This document shows positions 9,018-19,276 of a stretch of DNA of 64,000 nucleotides, piece after piece; position 1 is the first letter of the stretch; the number at the start of each line of letters is the position of its first letter. The position numbers and the translations under genes are program-made. Under the pieces are notes generated by a model. That model was not told the DNA's origin and searched no databases. It worked only from the letters and a program-made list of their open reading frames with translations. The stretch comes from Candidatus Omnitrophota bacterium (GTDB lineage: Bacteria; Omnitrophota; Gorgyraeia; JABMRN01; RBG-13-46-9): assembly GCA_020346285.1 (NCBI GenBank), contig CP070780.1, forward strand, positions 1,113,021 through 1,177,020, given 5' to 3'.

Positions 9018-9655
9018 TACTCGGAATAACCCCGGCTCGCGGAGGAAGTAAAGGCATACCGAGGAAAAACATTAAAGAGATCGCCGGTAAGCCTTTAATC
9101 GCATGGACGATAGAAGCGGCGAAGTCGGCAAAATTACTCGATAGATATATTGTCTCTACGGAAGATACGGAGATCGCCCGAGTCTCGCGAAAATACGGGG
9201 CTGAAATATTAAAAAGGCCGGCATGCCTTGCAACTGATAAGGCCTCAACACTTGGCGTGCTCCAACATGCGGTTCGGCAAATTCCTTGTGATATTGTAGT
9301 GCTTCTTCAGGCTACGTCTGCAATAAGAAAATCCACCCTTATCGATGAGTGCATAAGGGAATTTATAGATAATAAATATGACTCCTTATCCACTGGTTTT
9401 ATGTGCAAATATGTGGAATATGCAAAGAACGAGCTTCGAAGGCAGGATATTAAAGGATTCTTTCATGATGATGGCAATGTCTATGTACTAAAAGCTGACC
9501 TTGTCAGAAAGGGAGACCGCTACGGTAGAAAGACCGGGAGGAAAATCGTAAGCCGGTGGGAGAACGTGGAGATAGACGATGAATTCGATTTTTGGCTAAC
9601 CGAGAAAATTCTGAAGGATAGTTATAAAGAAGTAATTAGAGAGATATGCGCGTAA
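9014..9655 (+). CDS. acylneuraminate (nonulosonate) cytidylyltransferase, CMP-NulO synthetase family
   Basis: ILGITPARGGSKGIPRKNIKEIAGKPLIAWTIEAAKSAKLLDRYIVSTEDTEIA matches the N-terminal signature of the CMP-NeuAc/CMP-Pse/CMP-Leg synthetases (CTP_transf_3). Confidence 0.8.
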   Translation: MILGITPARGGSKGIPRKNIKEIAGKPLIAWTIEAAKSAKLLDRYIVSTEDTEIARVSRKYGAEILKRPACLATDKASTLGVLQHAVRQIPCDIVVLLQATSAIRKSTLIDECIREFIDNKYDSLSTGFMCKYVEYAKNELRRQDIKGFFHDDGNVYVLKADLVRKGDRYGRKTGRKIVSRWENVEIDDEFDFWLTEKILKDSYKEVIREICA

Positions 9656-10365
9656 CGATACATCAACCGGAACATATGCCGTGGCCCGGATTTTTCCACA
9701 AGATAAACATGGCGGATACATATGTGGTTCTGGATAATGTTCAATATCGAAGGCGATATTTCCAAAATAGGAATAAGATCAGGACTGCGGATGGCTGGCA
9801 GTGGGTAACAGTTCCTTTAGAAAAAGAAACAAGGGATAGACTGTTAATAAAAGATGCCAGGATCTGGAAGGAAAATTTAAAATGGAAAAGCAAGAATCTC
9901 GAAAGCATTTATCACAACTACCGAAAAGCCGAATACTTTATATATTACTGGAATGGATTCGAGTCTATTTATAATAGAGATTATTTTTACCTGGCAGATT
10001 TCAATCTCGCTCTTTTGAAATTTTTCTTTGAAAAGCTGAAAATCAGGTGCGAAGTCCGGCGGGCTTCGGAAATGGATATTTCCGGCAGGAAGGGGGATTT
10101 GATATTTAATATCTGTAGAGCCTTAAAAGCAAAAAAATATATTTCCGGCATTTCCGGAAAGGAATATTTAAATCTAAAAGATTTTAAGAAAGTGGGGATA
10201 GGGGTAGTTTTTCAGGAATTTCACCACCCGGTTTACAAACAATTACATAAACCTTTTATTGCATGCATGTCTATAATTGACCTTTTATTTAATTACGGAG
10301 ATAGAAGCCTCAATATTATCAGGGGTAAGGGTGGTGTCCCCTTGATGGAAGAGGTAATCCTTTAA
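9646..10365 (+). CDS. WbqC-like family protein (O-antigen cluster associated; function unknown)
   Basis: MRVTIHQPEHMPWPGFFHKINMADTYVVLDNVQYRRRYFQNRNKIRT.DGWQWVTVPL matches the WbqC-like family N-terminal consensus. Confidence 0.75.
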   Translation: MRVTIHQPEHMPWPGFFHKINMADTYVVLDNVQYRRRYFQNRNKIRTADGWQWVTVPLEKETRDRLLIKDARIWKENLKWKSKNLESIYHNYRKAEYFIYYWNGFESIYNRDYFYLADFNLALLKFFFEKLKIRCEVRRASEMDISGRKGDLIFNICRALKAKKYISGISGKEYLNLKDFKKVGIGVVFQEFHHPVYKQLHKPFIACMSIIDLLFNYGDRSLNIIRGKGGVPLMEEVIL

Positions 10366-11241
10366 ATGGGGAAGACTATTATAATAGCGGAAATAGGCGA
10401 GTGTTTTAACGGAGATCTGGAGGTAGCAAAAAAACTAATGTTTGCAGCGAAGAACGCGGGGTGTGATATCGCAAAATTTCAAACACTTGACTATGAGAAT
10501 ATTCAGGAAAATGATCCGGAGTCGGATTGGTTTAAAAAAATTGCGCTTACCGTCGAGAAAATTAATCTCTTGATTAAATATGCCGATGAAACAGGCATAG
10601 ATATCCTCTTTTCGCCAGAAAATTTAAAGACTGCAAAGTGGTTAATAAGGTCAGGTTTGAAAGATGTTAAAATCGCAAGCAACACCATGCAAGATAAGGA
10701 ATTAATCAAGTTTATTAATTGCCATTTTGAACATGTTTTTATGTCAACTGGCATGGCTTTGCTTGAAGAGGTTAAGGATGCTGTGGATAGCTTAAACAAA
10801 GTTAGCGAGCTATATATAATGCATTGTGTTTCCGAGTATCCGACAGGGCCCCTTTTAGAAAAGAGAGGCCTTAAGGCATTATCCCATGATGATGTGAGGC
10901 TTAATATGATGAAAATGCTTATGGAAGAGTTTCCGCGGTACAAGATAGGATATTCGGACCATACGCAAGGGATACTCGCGCCTCTAGCAGCGGTGGCCAT
11001 GGGCGCAAAGGTAATCGAAAAACATATCACCCTTGACAGAAAGACACCTATCGAAAACTTCTTAAAAGGCAAGGAATATCTCGGAACGGACCATATTCTT
11101 TCAATAGAGCCGGATGAACTGAAGGAGATGGTAAGAAGAATACGGGAGATGGAGAGGATGTTCGGCACTAATAAATGGGAACGTTCCGAAGGCGAATATA
11201 TGTTAAGGAATTTTTTGAGAGGACGGTTTGCAAGTAAATAA
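10366..11241 (+). CDS. NeuB-family nonulosonic acid synthase, TIM-barrel catalytic domain only (no SAF/antifreeze-like domain)
   Basis: TIIIAEIGECFNGDLEVAKKLMFAAKNAGCDIAKFQT is the NeuB N-terminal signature. It is only 291 aa and the next gene overlaps its 3' end, so there is no room for the approximately 70-aa C-terminal SAF domain. Confidence 0.75.
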   Translation: MGKTIIIAEIGECFNGDLEVAKKLMFAAKNAGCDIAKFQTLDYENIQENDPESDWFKKIALTVEKINLLIKYADETGIDILFSPENLKTAKWLIRSGLKDVKIASNTMQDKELIKFINCHFEHVFMSTGMALLEEVKDAVDSLNKVSELYIMHCVSEYPTGPLLEKRGLKALSHDDVRLNMMKMLMEEFPRYKIGYSDHTQGILAPLAAVAMGAKVIEKHITLDRKTPIENFLKGKEYLGTDHILSIEPDELKEMVRRIREMERMFGTNKWERSEGEYMLRNFLRGRFASK

Positions 11242-12217
11242 AGTTAAGGTTTTATTCAAAACCAAAGGCGGGCATAAAGAGGGGATGGGGGATATTACCT
11301 CTTCTTTAGCACTGGCGGAGGCATTTAGAGATCAAGGCCATGAAGCAATGTTTATTGTCAATGATAACAAGAGTGCTATAGAGTTAATTTCTCAAAAAGG
11401 TTTCAAATATAAAATGGCCGAGACTCAAACAGAATTAGCGACATCGGTCGGCAAGGAGCCAATAGATATAGCGATTTTAAATCAGTTAAATACGCCCACC
11501 GACGAAACGCAAATCTTCAAGGCTAATTCCAAGATGCTCGTTACAATTGATGATACAGGGGATAGTGCTGAATTAGCCGATATCTCTTTTAACGTTCTTT
11601 ACCCCATAGAAAGCGCTTATGTTGACTTTAAGTACATTGCACTTTTTCCAGTATTCCAGGAGAAACATAATATTTCACGGGTGATAAAAAAAGAGGTGGA
11701 AACAATACTTGTTACCCAGGGAGGAAGCGATACTTATGGTTATACGCCGAAGATCATAAAAGGGTTATACAAAGTGACTCCCGGAATAGTCATAAACGTG
11801 GTACTCGGGCCAAACTTTTCTCACCACCTGCACCTTAAACAAATTCTGGAGGATGCACCGCGGAGTTTTAATATTATAAAAGGAAAAAACGATCTGTCGA
11901 ATTTAATGCTGCAAGCCGACATGGCTATAAGCGGAGGAGGTAATATATTGTTTGAACTGGCGTGTCTTGGCGTTCCGACCATCGTTATATGCGGCGAACG
12001 TTTCGAAGAAAAAACAGCCAAGAGATTACAAGGAGAAGGTTTTGGCATAAATTTGGGTTTCGGAAAATATGTTAAGGAAAAAGATATATGCGGTGCGGTA
12101 ACCGAGCTCATGAATGACACAAAAAAACGCAGGCAAATGAGCGCGAAAGGCATGGATCTTATTGACGGATACGGCGCGACAAGGGTTGCGGAATTAATAA
12201 TAAGACAATTGTTATGA
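11228..12217 (+). CDS. PseG/SpsG-like UDP-sugar hydrolase (GT-B-like)
   Basis: The N-terminus KVLFKTKGGHKEGMGDITSSLALAE.F resembles the G.GH..R...LA motif of PseG. A central ILVTQGGSD motif and a C-terminal ISGGGNILFELACLGVPTIVI are also PseG-like. Confidence 0.55.
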   Translation: MQVNKVKVLFKTKGGHKEGMGDITSSLALAEAFRDQGHEAMFIVNDNKSAIELISQKGFKYKMAETQTELATSVGKEPIDIAILNQLNTPTDETQIFKANSKMLVTIDDTGDSAELADISFNVLYPIESAYVDFKYIALFPVFQEKHNISRVIKKEVETILVTQGGSDTYGYTPKIIKGLYKVTPGIVINVVLGPNFSHHLHLKQILEDAPRSFNIIKGKNDLSNLMLQADMAISGGGNILFELACLGVPTIVICGERFEEKTAKRLQGEGFGINLGFGKYVKEKDICGAVTELMNDTKKRRQMSAKGMDLIDGYGATRVAELIIRQLL

Positions 12218-13275
12218 GGATAAATAAGGACCAGTTTAGTTTTTCAAAACGGAAAAATCTTATTTTTTCTTATAAAAGAGGATATGGGGCAATACCGGCG
12301 TACATTGTCAATCGTTTTCAGTGGTATTTTTATCCGAAATTGCATTACGTTTCTAAGTTTCCGATTCACCTGGATGTCGAAATTTCCAATGAATGTAACA
12401 TGCAATGCCCGATGTGCTTTAGGACCACGGAATTTTTTAAAAAGAACATAGAAAAGGGTTTCATGGAATTTTCTTTATTTAAAAAAGTAGTCAACGAAGC
12501 TCGGCGTTATGGTATTTATTCGATAAGAATAAGCCACAGGGGGGAGGCTTTTATTCACCCCAATGTTATAGAGTTTATCAGATATGCCAAGCGTTCCGGG
12601 ATTAAGGAAGTCGCTGCTCTCAGCAATATCTTGGCGCTTCCGCCTTTGCTTTTTGAAGAGGCAATGAAAGCAGGCCTGGACTGGCTCACTATTTCATTTG
12701 ACGGATTGGGCCCGACTTATGAGAAGATTAGACGCCCGGCGAAATTCAAAGATTCTTACGAGAAGGTGAAAGCATATAAGCGAATAAAAGAGAAAGCCCA
12801 TTCACATAAACCCGTTATAAAGATTCAAAGTGTATGGCCAGCCGTTAGAACCTGCGCAGAAGAATTTATCGAGAGTTTTGAACCGTATGTTGACGGCATA
12901 GCTTCTAATCCGTTGATTGACTATTTGCATAAAGACCACCCCCAAGACATAGAGTACTGGGAGAATTTTGATTGCCCTACTCCATATCAAAGATTAACAA
13001 TTCTTTTTAACGGCTTGGTACCATATTGCCACAACGATGAATTTTGTACATATATTATAGGCGATATCAAAAAAGACACAATTCGTAACGTATGGCATGG
13101 TCCGGACATGACAAAAGTAAGAAAAGCTCACAGGGCGTGTCAGGGGAGGACTGTCTTAAGCGCATGTAAACATTGTTTTTTACCCCGCAAGGCCGAGCCG
13201 GTTATAGAACATATAGGCGATAGAAAATTGGTTGTGGAGAAATACACGAAAAGAACACAAAAAATCGGTGCTTGA
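12214..13275 (+). CDS. radical SAM protein with C-terminal SPASM/twitch-like Cys-rich domain
   Basis: FPIHLDVEISNECNMQCPMC is a Cx3Cx2C radical SAM motif. The C-terminus has additional Cys clusters (CPTP...YCHND...C...CQGRTVLSACKHC). Confidence 0.8.
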   Translation: MRINKDQFSFSKRKNLIFSYKRGYGAIPAYIVNRFQWYFYPKLHYVSKFPIHLDVEISNECNMQCPMCFRTTEFFKKNIEKGFMEFSLFKKVVNEARRYGIYSIRISHRGEAFIHPNVIEFIRYAKRSGIKEVAALSNILALPPLLFEEAMKAGLDWLTISFDGLGPTYEKIRRPAKFKDSYEKVKAYKRIKEKAHSHKPVIKIQSVWPAVRTCAEEFIESFEPYVDGIASNPLIDYLHKDHPQDIEYWENFDCPTPYQRLTILFNGLVPYCHNDEFCTYIIGDIKKDTIRNVWHGPDMTKVRKAHRACQGRTVLSACKHCFLPRKAEPVIEHIGDRKLVVEKYTKRTQKIGA

Positions 13276-13290
13276 TTGATAGGATATAAA

Positions 13291-14973
13291 ATGAAAAGAT
13301 TTGTGAAGACCACCGGCCAAATGGCGGAAGCGAGGGATTATTGCTGGGAGGTTTATGAGACGGTACTTGCGCAATTATCCGAAAGGCTGAATTCTATCCA
13401 CAATGTTTCCTATCCTGCCAGGTATTGGGCAATTCTTATGGGTTCCTGGCTTTTACACTTTATCGAGGTGCTCTATGATAGATACAAAAGAATAGAAAAA
13501 ACCTTAGAGCTTTTCCCGGATTTTTACACCAGCGCACTCCCGGAGGAAAAGTGTTCGCTTGTATCTTCCGATACGTATGATTTTTTAGTCAGAAAAGTAT
13601 CACGTAACAATTATTATAACCTCAAGTTATTCAGCATGGTAGTGCGCAAGTTGTGTCCCCAACATGTGAGAGATAGGGATGTTACGCCGAAAGTCGAGAC
13701 CGGACCCAAAACACTTTCCTTTAAGCATAGCCTGAAAAGAGAAATATTTTATAAACTTCTCCGACTATTCGATATCTTTATAAAGAATCCCATAGTTTTA
13801 AGCGATATGTATCATTTGGACCCTATGGATATTCTGGCGCTGAAATTTAAGAGTTTGAAGACACTGGTTTTTATGGATTTCGAGCCATTGCTGGACTATG
13901 ATGTTTCAAAGAATTGCTATTCCGACAGCATGAGAAAGAAACTGAAATTGGGGGAAAGTAGTGATAGATTTCAATCATTGCTTTATAAGGTCATTCCCGA
14001 CGCGATACCCACATGCTATCTGGAGAATTACAGAATATACAAAGACAGTATCGGCCGCGCCAAAAACACGATGCCTATAAGTGCAATAGGGTCTGCCATA
14101 GGTTGGTTTTTTAATGAAAGGTTCAAGTTTTTTGCCGCAGAAGCGTCATTAAAAGGAACTCTCCTTATAGAGTTTCAACGCGGAGGCAACTTCGGTTATG
14201 CCGCTGTTCTCTCACATGAGGCAATGACTTTACTGGAAAAAGATATTTTTTACACGTGGGGATGGACCTCGGAAATAAATAACAAAACAAAACCTCTGCC
14301 GTCTCCACACCTTTCTAAATTGAGAGATACCCATTCAACAAAACTCGATAACGTTTTATTTATAGGTGTAGTTATGTCCCGATATCACTATAGATTTCAA
14401 AGCGCGCTCCTATCCGATGATATGCCTGGCTATTTTGAAGACAAGAAGATATTTTTCCAGGCCCTGTCAGAAGAAATTAAAAATAAGGTCCTATACCGCC
14501 CTTATGTAGATGACCGTGGATGGGGGGAGTTGGATAAAGTAAAAAAAGTATGCCCTAAAGCAAAATTTATATCAAAGGGCAAAGCTATAAAATGGATGCA
14601 GAGAGTAAAGTTGGTGGTTATAGACCATCCGCACACAAGCTTTCTTGAGGCCTTGGCTATTAATGTCCCTTGCGTTTTTTATTGGAAACACGATGTTTAT
14701 TCTATACGCCCGGAAGCAGAGAGGTATTTCGAGCTGTTAAGAGATGCCGGCATTGTTTTTAAGGATCCGTTAAGCGCCGCCGAGAAGGTTAAAGAGATAT
14801 TCAATGACCCGATGAATTGGTGGCAGAGTGACGGCGTTCAAAAAGCCCGCTTCGAATTTTGTAAACGATTTGCTTACGCCGAAAAGAATTGGCTAAAGAT
14901 ATGGACAGAAGAATTAAAAAAATTTCATGTAGACATATCCAAGAAAACAAAAGATGCAAAAGCACATTGTTAA
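13291..14973 (+). CDS. large hypothetical protein, TagF-like/CMP-sugar-transferase-like C-terminal domain (putative surface-carbohydrate transferase)
   Basis: About 560 aa. The C-terminal VKLVVIDHPHTSFLEALAINVPCVFYW resembles the donor-binding segment of TagF/capsule transferases and carries an HP dipeptide, as in sialyltransferase HP motifs. It is a paralogue of the ORFs at 19363 and 51158. I prefer the ATG at 13291. Confidence 0.35.
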   Translation: MKRFVKTTGQMAEARDYCWEVYETVLAQLSERLNSIHNVSYPARYWAILMGSWLLHFIEVLYDRYKRIEKTLELFPDFYTSALPEEKCSLVSSDTYDFLVRKVSRNNYYNLKLFSMVVRKLCPQHVRDRDVTPKVETGPKTLSFKHSLKREIFYKLLRLFDIFIKNPIVLSDMYHLDPMDILALKFKSLKTLVFMDFEPLLDYDVSKNCYSDSMRKKLKLGESSDRFQSLLYKVIPDAIPTCYLENYRIYKDSIGRAKNTMPISAIGSAIGWFFNERFKFFAAEASLKGTLLIEFQRGGNFGYAAVLSHEAMTLLEKDIFYTWGWTSEINNKTKPLPSPHLSKLRDTHSTKLDNVLFIGVVMSRYHYRFQSALLSDDMPGYFEDKKIFFQALSEEIKNKVLYRPYVDDRGWGELDKVKKVCPKAKFISKGKAIKWMQRVKLVVIDHPHTSFLEALAINVPCVFYWKHDVYSIRPEAERYFELLRDAGIVFKDPLSAAEKVKEIFNDPMNWWQSDGVQKARFEFCKRFAYAEKNWLKIWTEELKKFHVDISKKTKDAKAHC

Positions 14974-15014
14974 TAATAAAAAAAACTACATTGCAATATT
15001 CGGGAATATAAACC

Positions 15015-15989
15015 ATGTTTTTTAAAAACCCTGATTCAAAAAGGGAGAATCCTTTTAGAAAGCTGTATGACAACAAAGAATTTAAGACAATTCACCAGCG
15101 CAAAGATAAATTGCCGGATTTTCCATTTTTAGTCGATGTCGAACTCACCAATCACTGCAATTTGAAATGTATTTTTTGCGGGCAGCAAGCTATGAAAAGG
15201 GACAAGGGTTTTATGTCCGAAACAACTTTAAAGAAAATTGTAGACGAATGCGCGGGACATAATACGCCTATCAGATTTATTCGGCTCGGCGAACCATTTT
15301 TGCATCCGAAGATAACGGATTTCTGTAAATATGTGAAATCCAAGGGGCTTATCCTTCATATTACAAGCAATGGCTTGGCGATAACAGGAAATCATATGAA
15401 CTACCTGATCGAACTCGGAGTTGATTCGCTTATTTTTTCATTACAGGGAGCCACAAAAGAACAATACGAGGCGATGAGGGGGGACAATACCTATGACAGA
15501 TTAAGAGGGAATGTTTTAAAAATGGTGGAACTGAGGAAAGATAGAGAAAATCCTTTTATCCATATATCCAGCACTATGACCGATGAATCAAAAAAAGAAA
15601 TAGACAATTTCGTCAATTATTGGGGGTATCTTATTGACGCAGTTAGTATCGGAAAGACAAATCTCTCGCTCTTATCAGCGGCCCAGATAAATTCTTTTAA
15701 GGCTATCGGTAAACTCGAATTGTTGAAGAAACAGGAAACGATCAAAAAAGAGTATCGGTTGTGTACGGAGGTCTACCAGAAATTGAGTATTGACTGGGAC
15801 GGAAAGGTTACCTGTTGCTGCGGGGATTTCGATAATTTTTTGACAGTCGGCGACCTGGGCCGTTCGACACTTTTTGATATTTGGAATAGTAGCAAGGAAT
15901 TAAGAATTTTCAGAGAATTACTTGAAAAAAACATGCATAAATGTCTGACATTATGCAGCACTTGTTACCACGCATATGACGAATTTTAA
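15015..15989 (+). CDS. radical SAM protein with SPASM-like Cys-rich C-terminal domain
   Basis: FPFLVDVELTNHCNLKCIFCGQ is a radical SAM motif. The C-terminus reads C...VTCCCGDF...C..LCSTCYHAY. Its N-terminal motif is a paralogue of those at 12214 and 46280. Confidence 0.8.
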   Translation: MFFKNPDSKRENPFRKLYDNKEFKTIHQRKDKLPDFPFLVDVELTNHCNLKCIFCGQQAMKRDKGFMSETTLKKIVDECAGHNTPIRFIRLGEPFLHPKITDFCKYVKSKGLILHITSNGLAITGNHMNYLIELGVDSLIFSLQGATKEQYEAMRGDNTYDRLRGNVLKMVELRKDRENPFIHISSTMTDESKKEIDNFVNYWGYLIDAVSIGKTNLSLLSAAQINSFKAIGKLELLKKQETIKKEYRLCTEVYQKLSIDWDGKVTCCCGDFDNFLTVGDLGRSTLFDIWNSSKELRIFRELLEKNMHKCLTLCSTCYHAYDEF

Positions 15990-16005
15990 TTATGGAGTTT
16001 AACCG

Positions 16006-17004
16006 ATGGACTTGAGAAAAAAGAAAGTACTTGTAACGGGTTCTGAAGGATTTATAGGAAGCCATCTTGTCGAGAAGCTTTTGGAGGCGGGATGCGATGT
16101 CAGGACGTTTGTTTATTATAATTTTTCCAATTCCTGGGGTTGGCTGGATACCTTTTCAAAGGGTAAGTTGAATAAAATCGAAATTATTACAGGGAATATA
16201 AGAGACCCCAATAATGTCCTAGAGGCCGTAAAAGGGGTAGACGTTATATTTCATCTTGCTGCGCTGATAGGGATTCCGTTTAGTTATCGCTCTCCGGAGA
16301 GTTATGTTGATACAAATATAAAAGGCACCCTTAACATAATGAAGGCAGCGGCGGATTCAGGAGTTGAAAAAATTCTGGTTGCTTCGACATCGGAAGTATA
16401 TGGAAGCGCCAGATATGTCCCCATAGACGAAGAACACCCAAGGCAGGGGCAGTCCCCTTATTCGGCTACAAAAATAGGGGCGGATTATATAGCGCAATCC
16501 TTCCATAGGAGTTTCGGTTTGCCTGTTGTAATTGCCAGGCCTTTTAATACCTACGGGCCGAGGCAGTCTGCAAGAGCGATTATACCGACAATAATAACGC
16601 AGCTTTTATCGGGAAAAAACCGGGTAAAACTCGGCGCATTGGACCCTACGAGAGATTTTATCTTTGTGAAGGATGTGGCTGGTGCAATGGTTGAAATAGC
16701 AAAATCCGACAAGACAACTGGCGAGGAAATAAACATCGCAAGCCAAACCGAGATATCAATAAGGCACCTTGCGCGCAAACTTATAAATATGATTAACCCC
16801 GAAAGTAAGCTGGTAAAAGATGCAGCAAGGTTAAGACCGGAAAATAGCGAGGTAAAGCAGCTTCTGGGCAGCAATAAAAAAATAATGAAGCTGACAAACT
16901 GGAAAACGACATATAATCTGGATGAAGGTTTGAAGGAAACGGTCGAATGGTTTAAAAACAAAGAAAATTTAAAATTGTATAAGTCGGACATTTATAATGT
17001 GTAA
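16006..17004 (+). CDS. NAD-dependent sugar epimerase/4,6-dehydratase (extended SDR)
   Basis: KVLVTGSEGFIGSHLVEKLLEAGCDVR is the Rossmann motif. YSATKIGADY is the YxxxK catalytic motif. ARPFNTYGPRQ is typical of RmlB/GalE-like enzymes. Confidence 0.85.
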   Translation: MDLRKKKVLVTGSEGFIGSHLVEKLLEAGCDVRTFVYYNFSNSWGWLDTFSKGKLNKIEIITGNIRDPNNVLEAVKGVDVIFHLAALIGIPFSYRSPESYVDTNIKGTLNIMKAAADSGVEKILVASTSEVYGSARYVPIDEEHPRQGQSPYSATKIGADYIAQSFHRSFGLPVVIARPFNTYGPRQSARAIIPTIITQLLSGKNRVKLGALDPTRDFIFVKDVAGAMVEIAKSDKTTGEEINIASQTEISIRHLARKLINMINPESKLVKDAARLRPENSEVKQLLGSNKKIMKLTNWKTTYNLDEGLKETVEWFKNKENLKLYKSDIYNV

Positions 17005-18130
17005 AGAGATATATCTGGATGCGCCGAACATCGGAAGATTAGAAAAAGATTACCTTAGCGAAACAATAGATAGCGGTTTTGTATCTACCTTCGGGCCTTA
17101 TATTTCAAAATTTGAAGAAGAAATGGCTAAATACATGGGTGCAAAAAAAGCTGTTTCTACTCAAAGCGGGACTGCCGCACTTCACGTAGCGTTATATGAA
17201 CTCGGCATAGGCAAAGGCGACGAGGTAATAGTTCCTGCATTGACGTTTATAGCCACAGTTAATCCTGTTATATATGTTGGAGCAAAGCCTGTTTTTGCAG
17301 ACGTAGATATTAAAACCTGGAATATTTCTCCGTCAGAAATTGAAAAGAGAATAACAAAAAAAACAAAAGCAGTGATACCGGTTCATTTTTACGGGAATCC
17401 GTGTGATATGAATGAAATAATGGATATTGCCAAAAGACATAACCTCTATGTAATAGAGGATGCAACCGAAAGCCTGGGGGCAAAGTATGATGAGAGGTAT
17501 GCGGGGACTTTCGGAGATTTAAGTTGTTTTAGTTTCAATGGAAATAAAACTATTACTACGGGTGGCGGAGGCATGGTAGCCGGAAATGACGAAAAGAAGC
17601 TGGAGCATATAAAATTTTTGATAAATCAAGCAAGAAATGAATCTAAGGAATATTACCATCCCGAAATAGGCTTTAATTATAGAATGACAAATTTAGAAGC
17701 GTCATTGGGATTAGCACAAATGGAAAGAATCGATGAATTTTTAATTAAAAAAAGGAGATTCCACGATATATACAAAGAAGAACTTAAAGATATTGAAAAT
17801 GTTTATTTTCAGGAAGAATATGAAGAAGCACAAAGCTCCTGGTGGCTATCGTGCGTTATTTTTGGTAACAGCATAGATATACCCCTGTTACAGAAAGAAT
17901 TAAAGAATAACGGAATTCCGACAAGGAGGATTTTTATGCCTGTAATAGAATTTCCACCGTATGAGAACTATAAAAAAAGAGATTATAAAAATTCCTATTA
18001 TATTTATGAAAGGGGCTTATGTCTTCCTAGCTCCACGCTCAATTCCGAAGAGGGCATATATAAGGTTTGCAAAATGTTGAAAAATATCTTGCTAAAAAGA
18101 GGTGAAGGAAAATGCGTAAGGTCTATATAA
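16997..18130 (+). CDS. DegT/DnrJ/EryC1/StrS-family sugar aminotransferase (PseC/LegC-like)
   Basis: IYLDAPNIG..E..YL.E.IDSGFVST.GPY..KFE...A.YMGAKKAVSTQSGTAALHVAL; VIEDATESLGA.Y; GFNYRMTNLEASLGLAQMERIDEFL. Confidence 0.85.
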   Translation: MCKEIYLDAPNIGRLEKDYLSETIDSGFVSTFGPYISKFEEEMAKYMGAKKAVSTQSGTAALHVALYELGIGKGDEVIVPALTFIATVNPVIYVGAKPVFADVDIKTWNISPSEIEKRITKKTKAVIPVHFYGNPCDMNEIMDIAKRHNLYVIEDATESLGAKYDERYAGTFGDLSCFSFNGNKTITTGGGGMVAGNDEKKLEHIKFLINQARNESKEYYHPEIGFNYRMTNLEASLGLAQMERIDEFLIKKRRFHDIYKEELKDIENVYFQEEYEEAQSSWWLSCVIFGNSIDIPLLQKELKNNGIPTRRIFMPVIEFPPYENYKKRDYKNSYYIYERGLCLPSSTLNSEEGIYKVCKMLKNILLKRGEGKCVRSI

Positions 18131-18194
18131 TAGCCGAAGCCGGCATAATCAAAAAGAGTTTTTATGATATAGATTTTAATCTTGGGAGACAGTA

Positions 18195-19271
18195 ATGCTG
18201 AAAAAAGATATTTTAATTAACGAAGGCGCGTCCATAAAGGATGCCTTGAAGAAATTAGATAAGAGTGCTGAGAAGGTATTACTGGTAGTAGATGAGAAAA
18301 GACACCTGTTGGGAACGATGACAGACGGAGATGTCAGGCGCTGTATTTTAACCGGTAAACATCTGGGAGATGGCATAGGCGAAGTCTATCACAAAAAGCC
18401 CATTCATATAAAGAAAAAAGATTTTTCACAAGAAGTAGTGAAAAAGATAATCGTTGGAAAGAGAATAGCGCTCGTGCCGATAGTAGATGAGGGTAATAAG
18501 ATAATAGATTTCGTAACAAGAGATGAGTTATTGTTAGAAGGAAAGATAGAGCCGTTAATTACAGACAAGTTAGATATACCAGTTGTTATCATGGCAGGAG
18601 GAGAGGGCACGAGATTGGACCCCTTCACCAGGATTCTCCCAAAGCCATTAATTCCTATAGATGATAAGCCCATCGTTGAGATAGTTATAGAAGAATTTAA
18701 AAGACAGGGCCTCAGCAAGTATTATTTAACATTAAACCATAAAAGCGGAATGATAGAGGCATATTTTGATGGCATAGACAAAGACTATGAGATAAAATTT
18801 ATAAGGGAAAACACCTTTTTGGGAACCGCCGGCAGCCTAAGGCTTTTAGAGAAAGAGATCGGCAGCATATTCCTTGTTTCTAATTGTGACGTTATTGTTA
18901 AAACAGATTTTGGGGAGGCATTAAATTTTCATAAAGAACAGCGCGCACTATTAACAATTCTCTCTCCCATCCAGCACTACAAGATTCCTTATGGGGTTGT
19001 AGAATTTAAACAAGGCGGAGAGGTTAAAACTATCATTGAAAAACCAGAGTATACCTTTACCGTCAATGCAGGGATTTACGTGCTGAGTAAAGAATCACTG
19101 CAATTTATGCCGGAAAGGTCACGCTTTGATATGACTGATCTGATAAGGGCCTTGATCGAACATGATAAAAAGGTTGTTATGTATCCGGTAAATGAATGTG
19201 ATTATATAGATATCGGGCAATGGGATAAATATCAGAAAACTGTCAGCAGTTTAAAAAGTCGTATGAGATGA
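18195..19271 (+). CDS. CBS-pair + sugar-phosphate nucleotidyltransferase (PtmE-like)
   Basis: The N-terminus has tandem CBS motifs (ILINEGASIKDALKKLDKSAEKVLLVVDEKRHLLGTMTDGDVRR). The C-terminal NTP-transferase domain begins PVVIMAGGEGTRLDPFTRILPKPLIPIDDKPIVE. The same architecture is known from Campylobacter PtmE of the legionaminic acid pathway. Confidence 0.7.
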   Translation: MLKKDILINEGASIKDALKKLDKSAEKVLLVVDEKRHLLGTMTDGDVRRCILTGKHLGDGIGEVYHKKPIHIKKKDFSQEVVKKIIVGKRIALVPIVDEGNKIIDFVTRDELLLEGKIEPLITDKLDIPVVIMAGGEGTRLDPFTRILPKPLIPIDDKPIVEIVIEEFKRQGLSKYYLTLNHKSGMIEAYFDGIDKDYEIKFIRENTFLGTAGSLRLLEKEIGSIFLVSNCDVIVKTDFGEALNFHKEQRALLTILSPIQHYKIPYGVVEFKQGGEVKTIIEKPEYTFTVNAGIYVLSKESLQFMPERSRFDMTDLIRALIEHDKKVVMYPVNECDYIDIGQWDKYQKTVSSLKSRMR

Positions 19272-19276
19272 TATAG

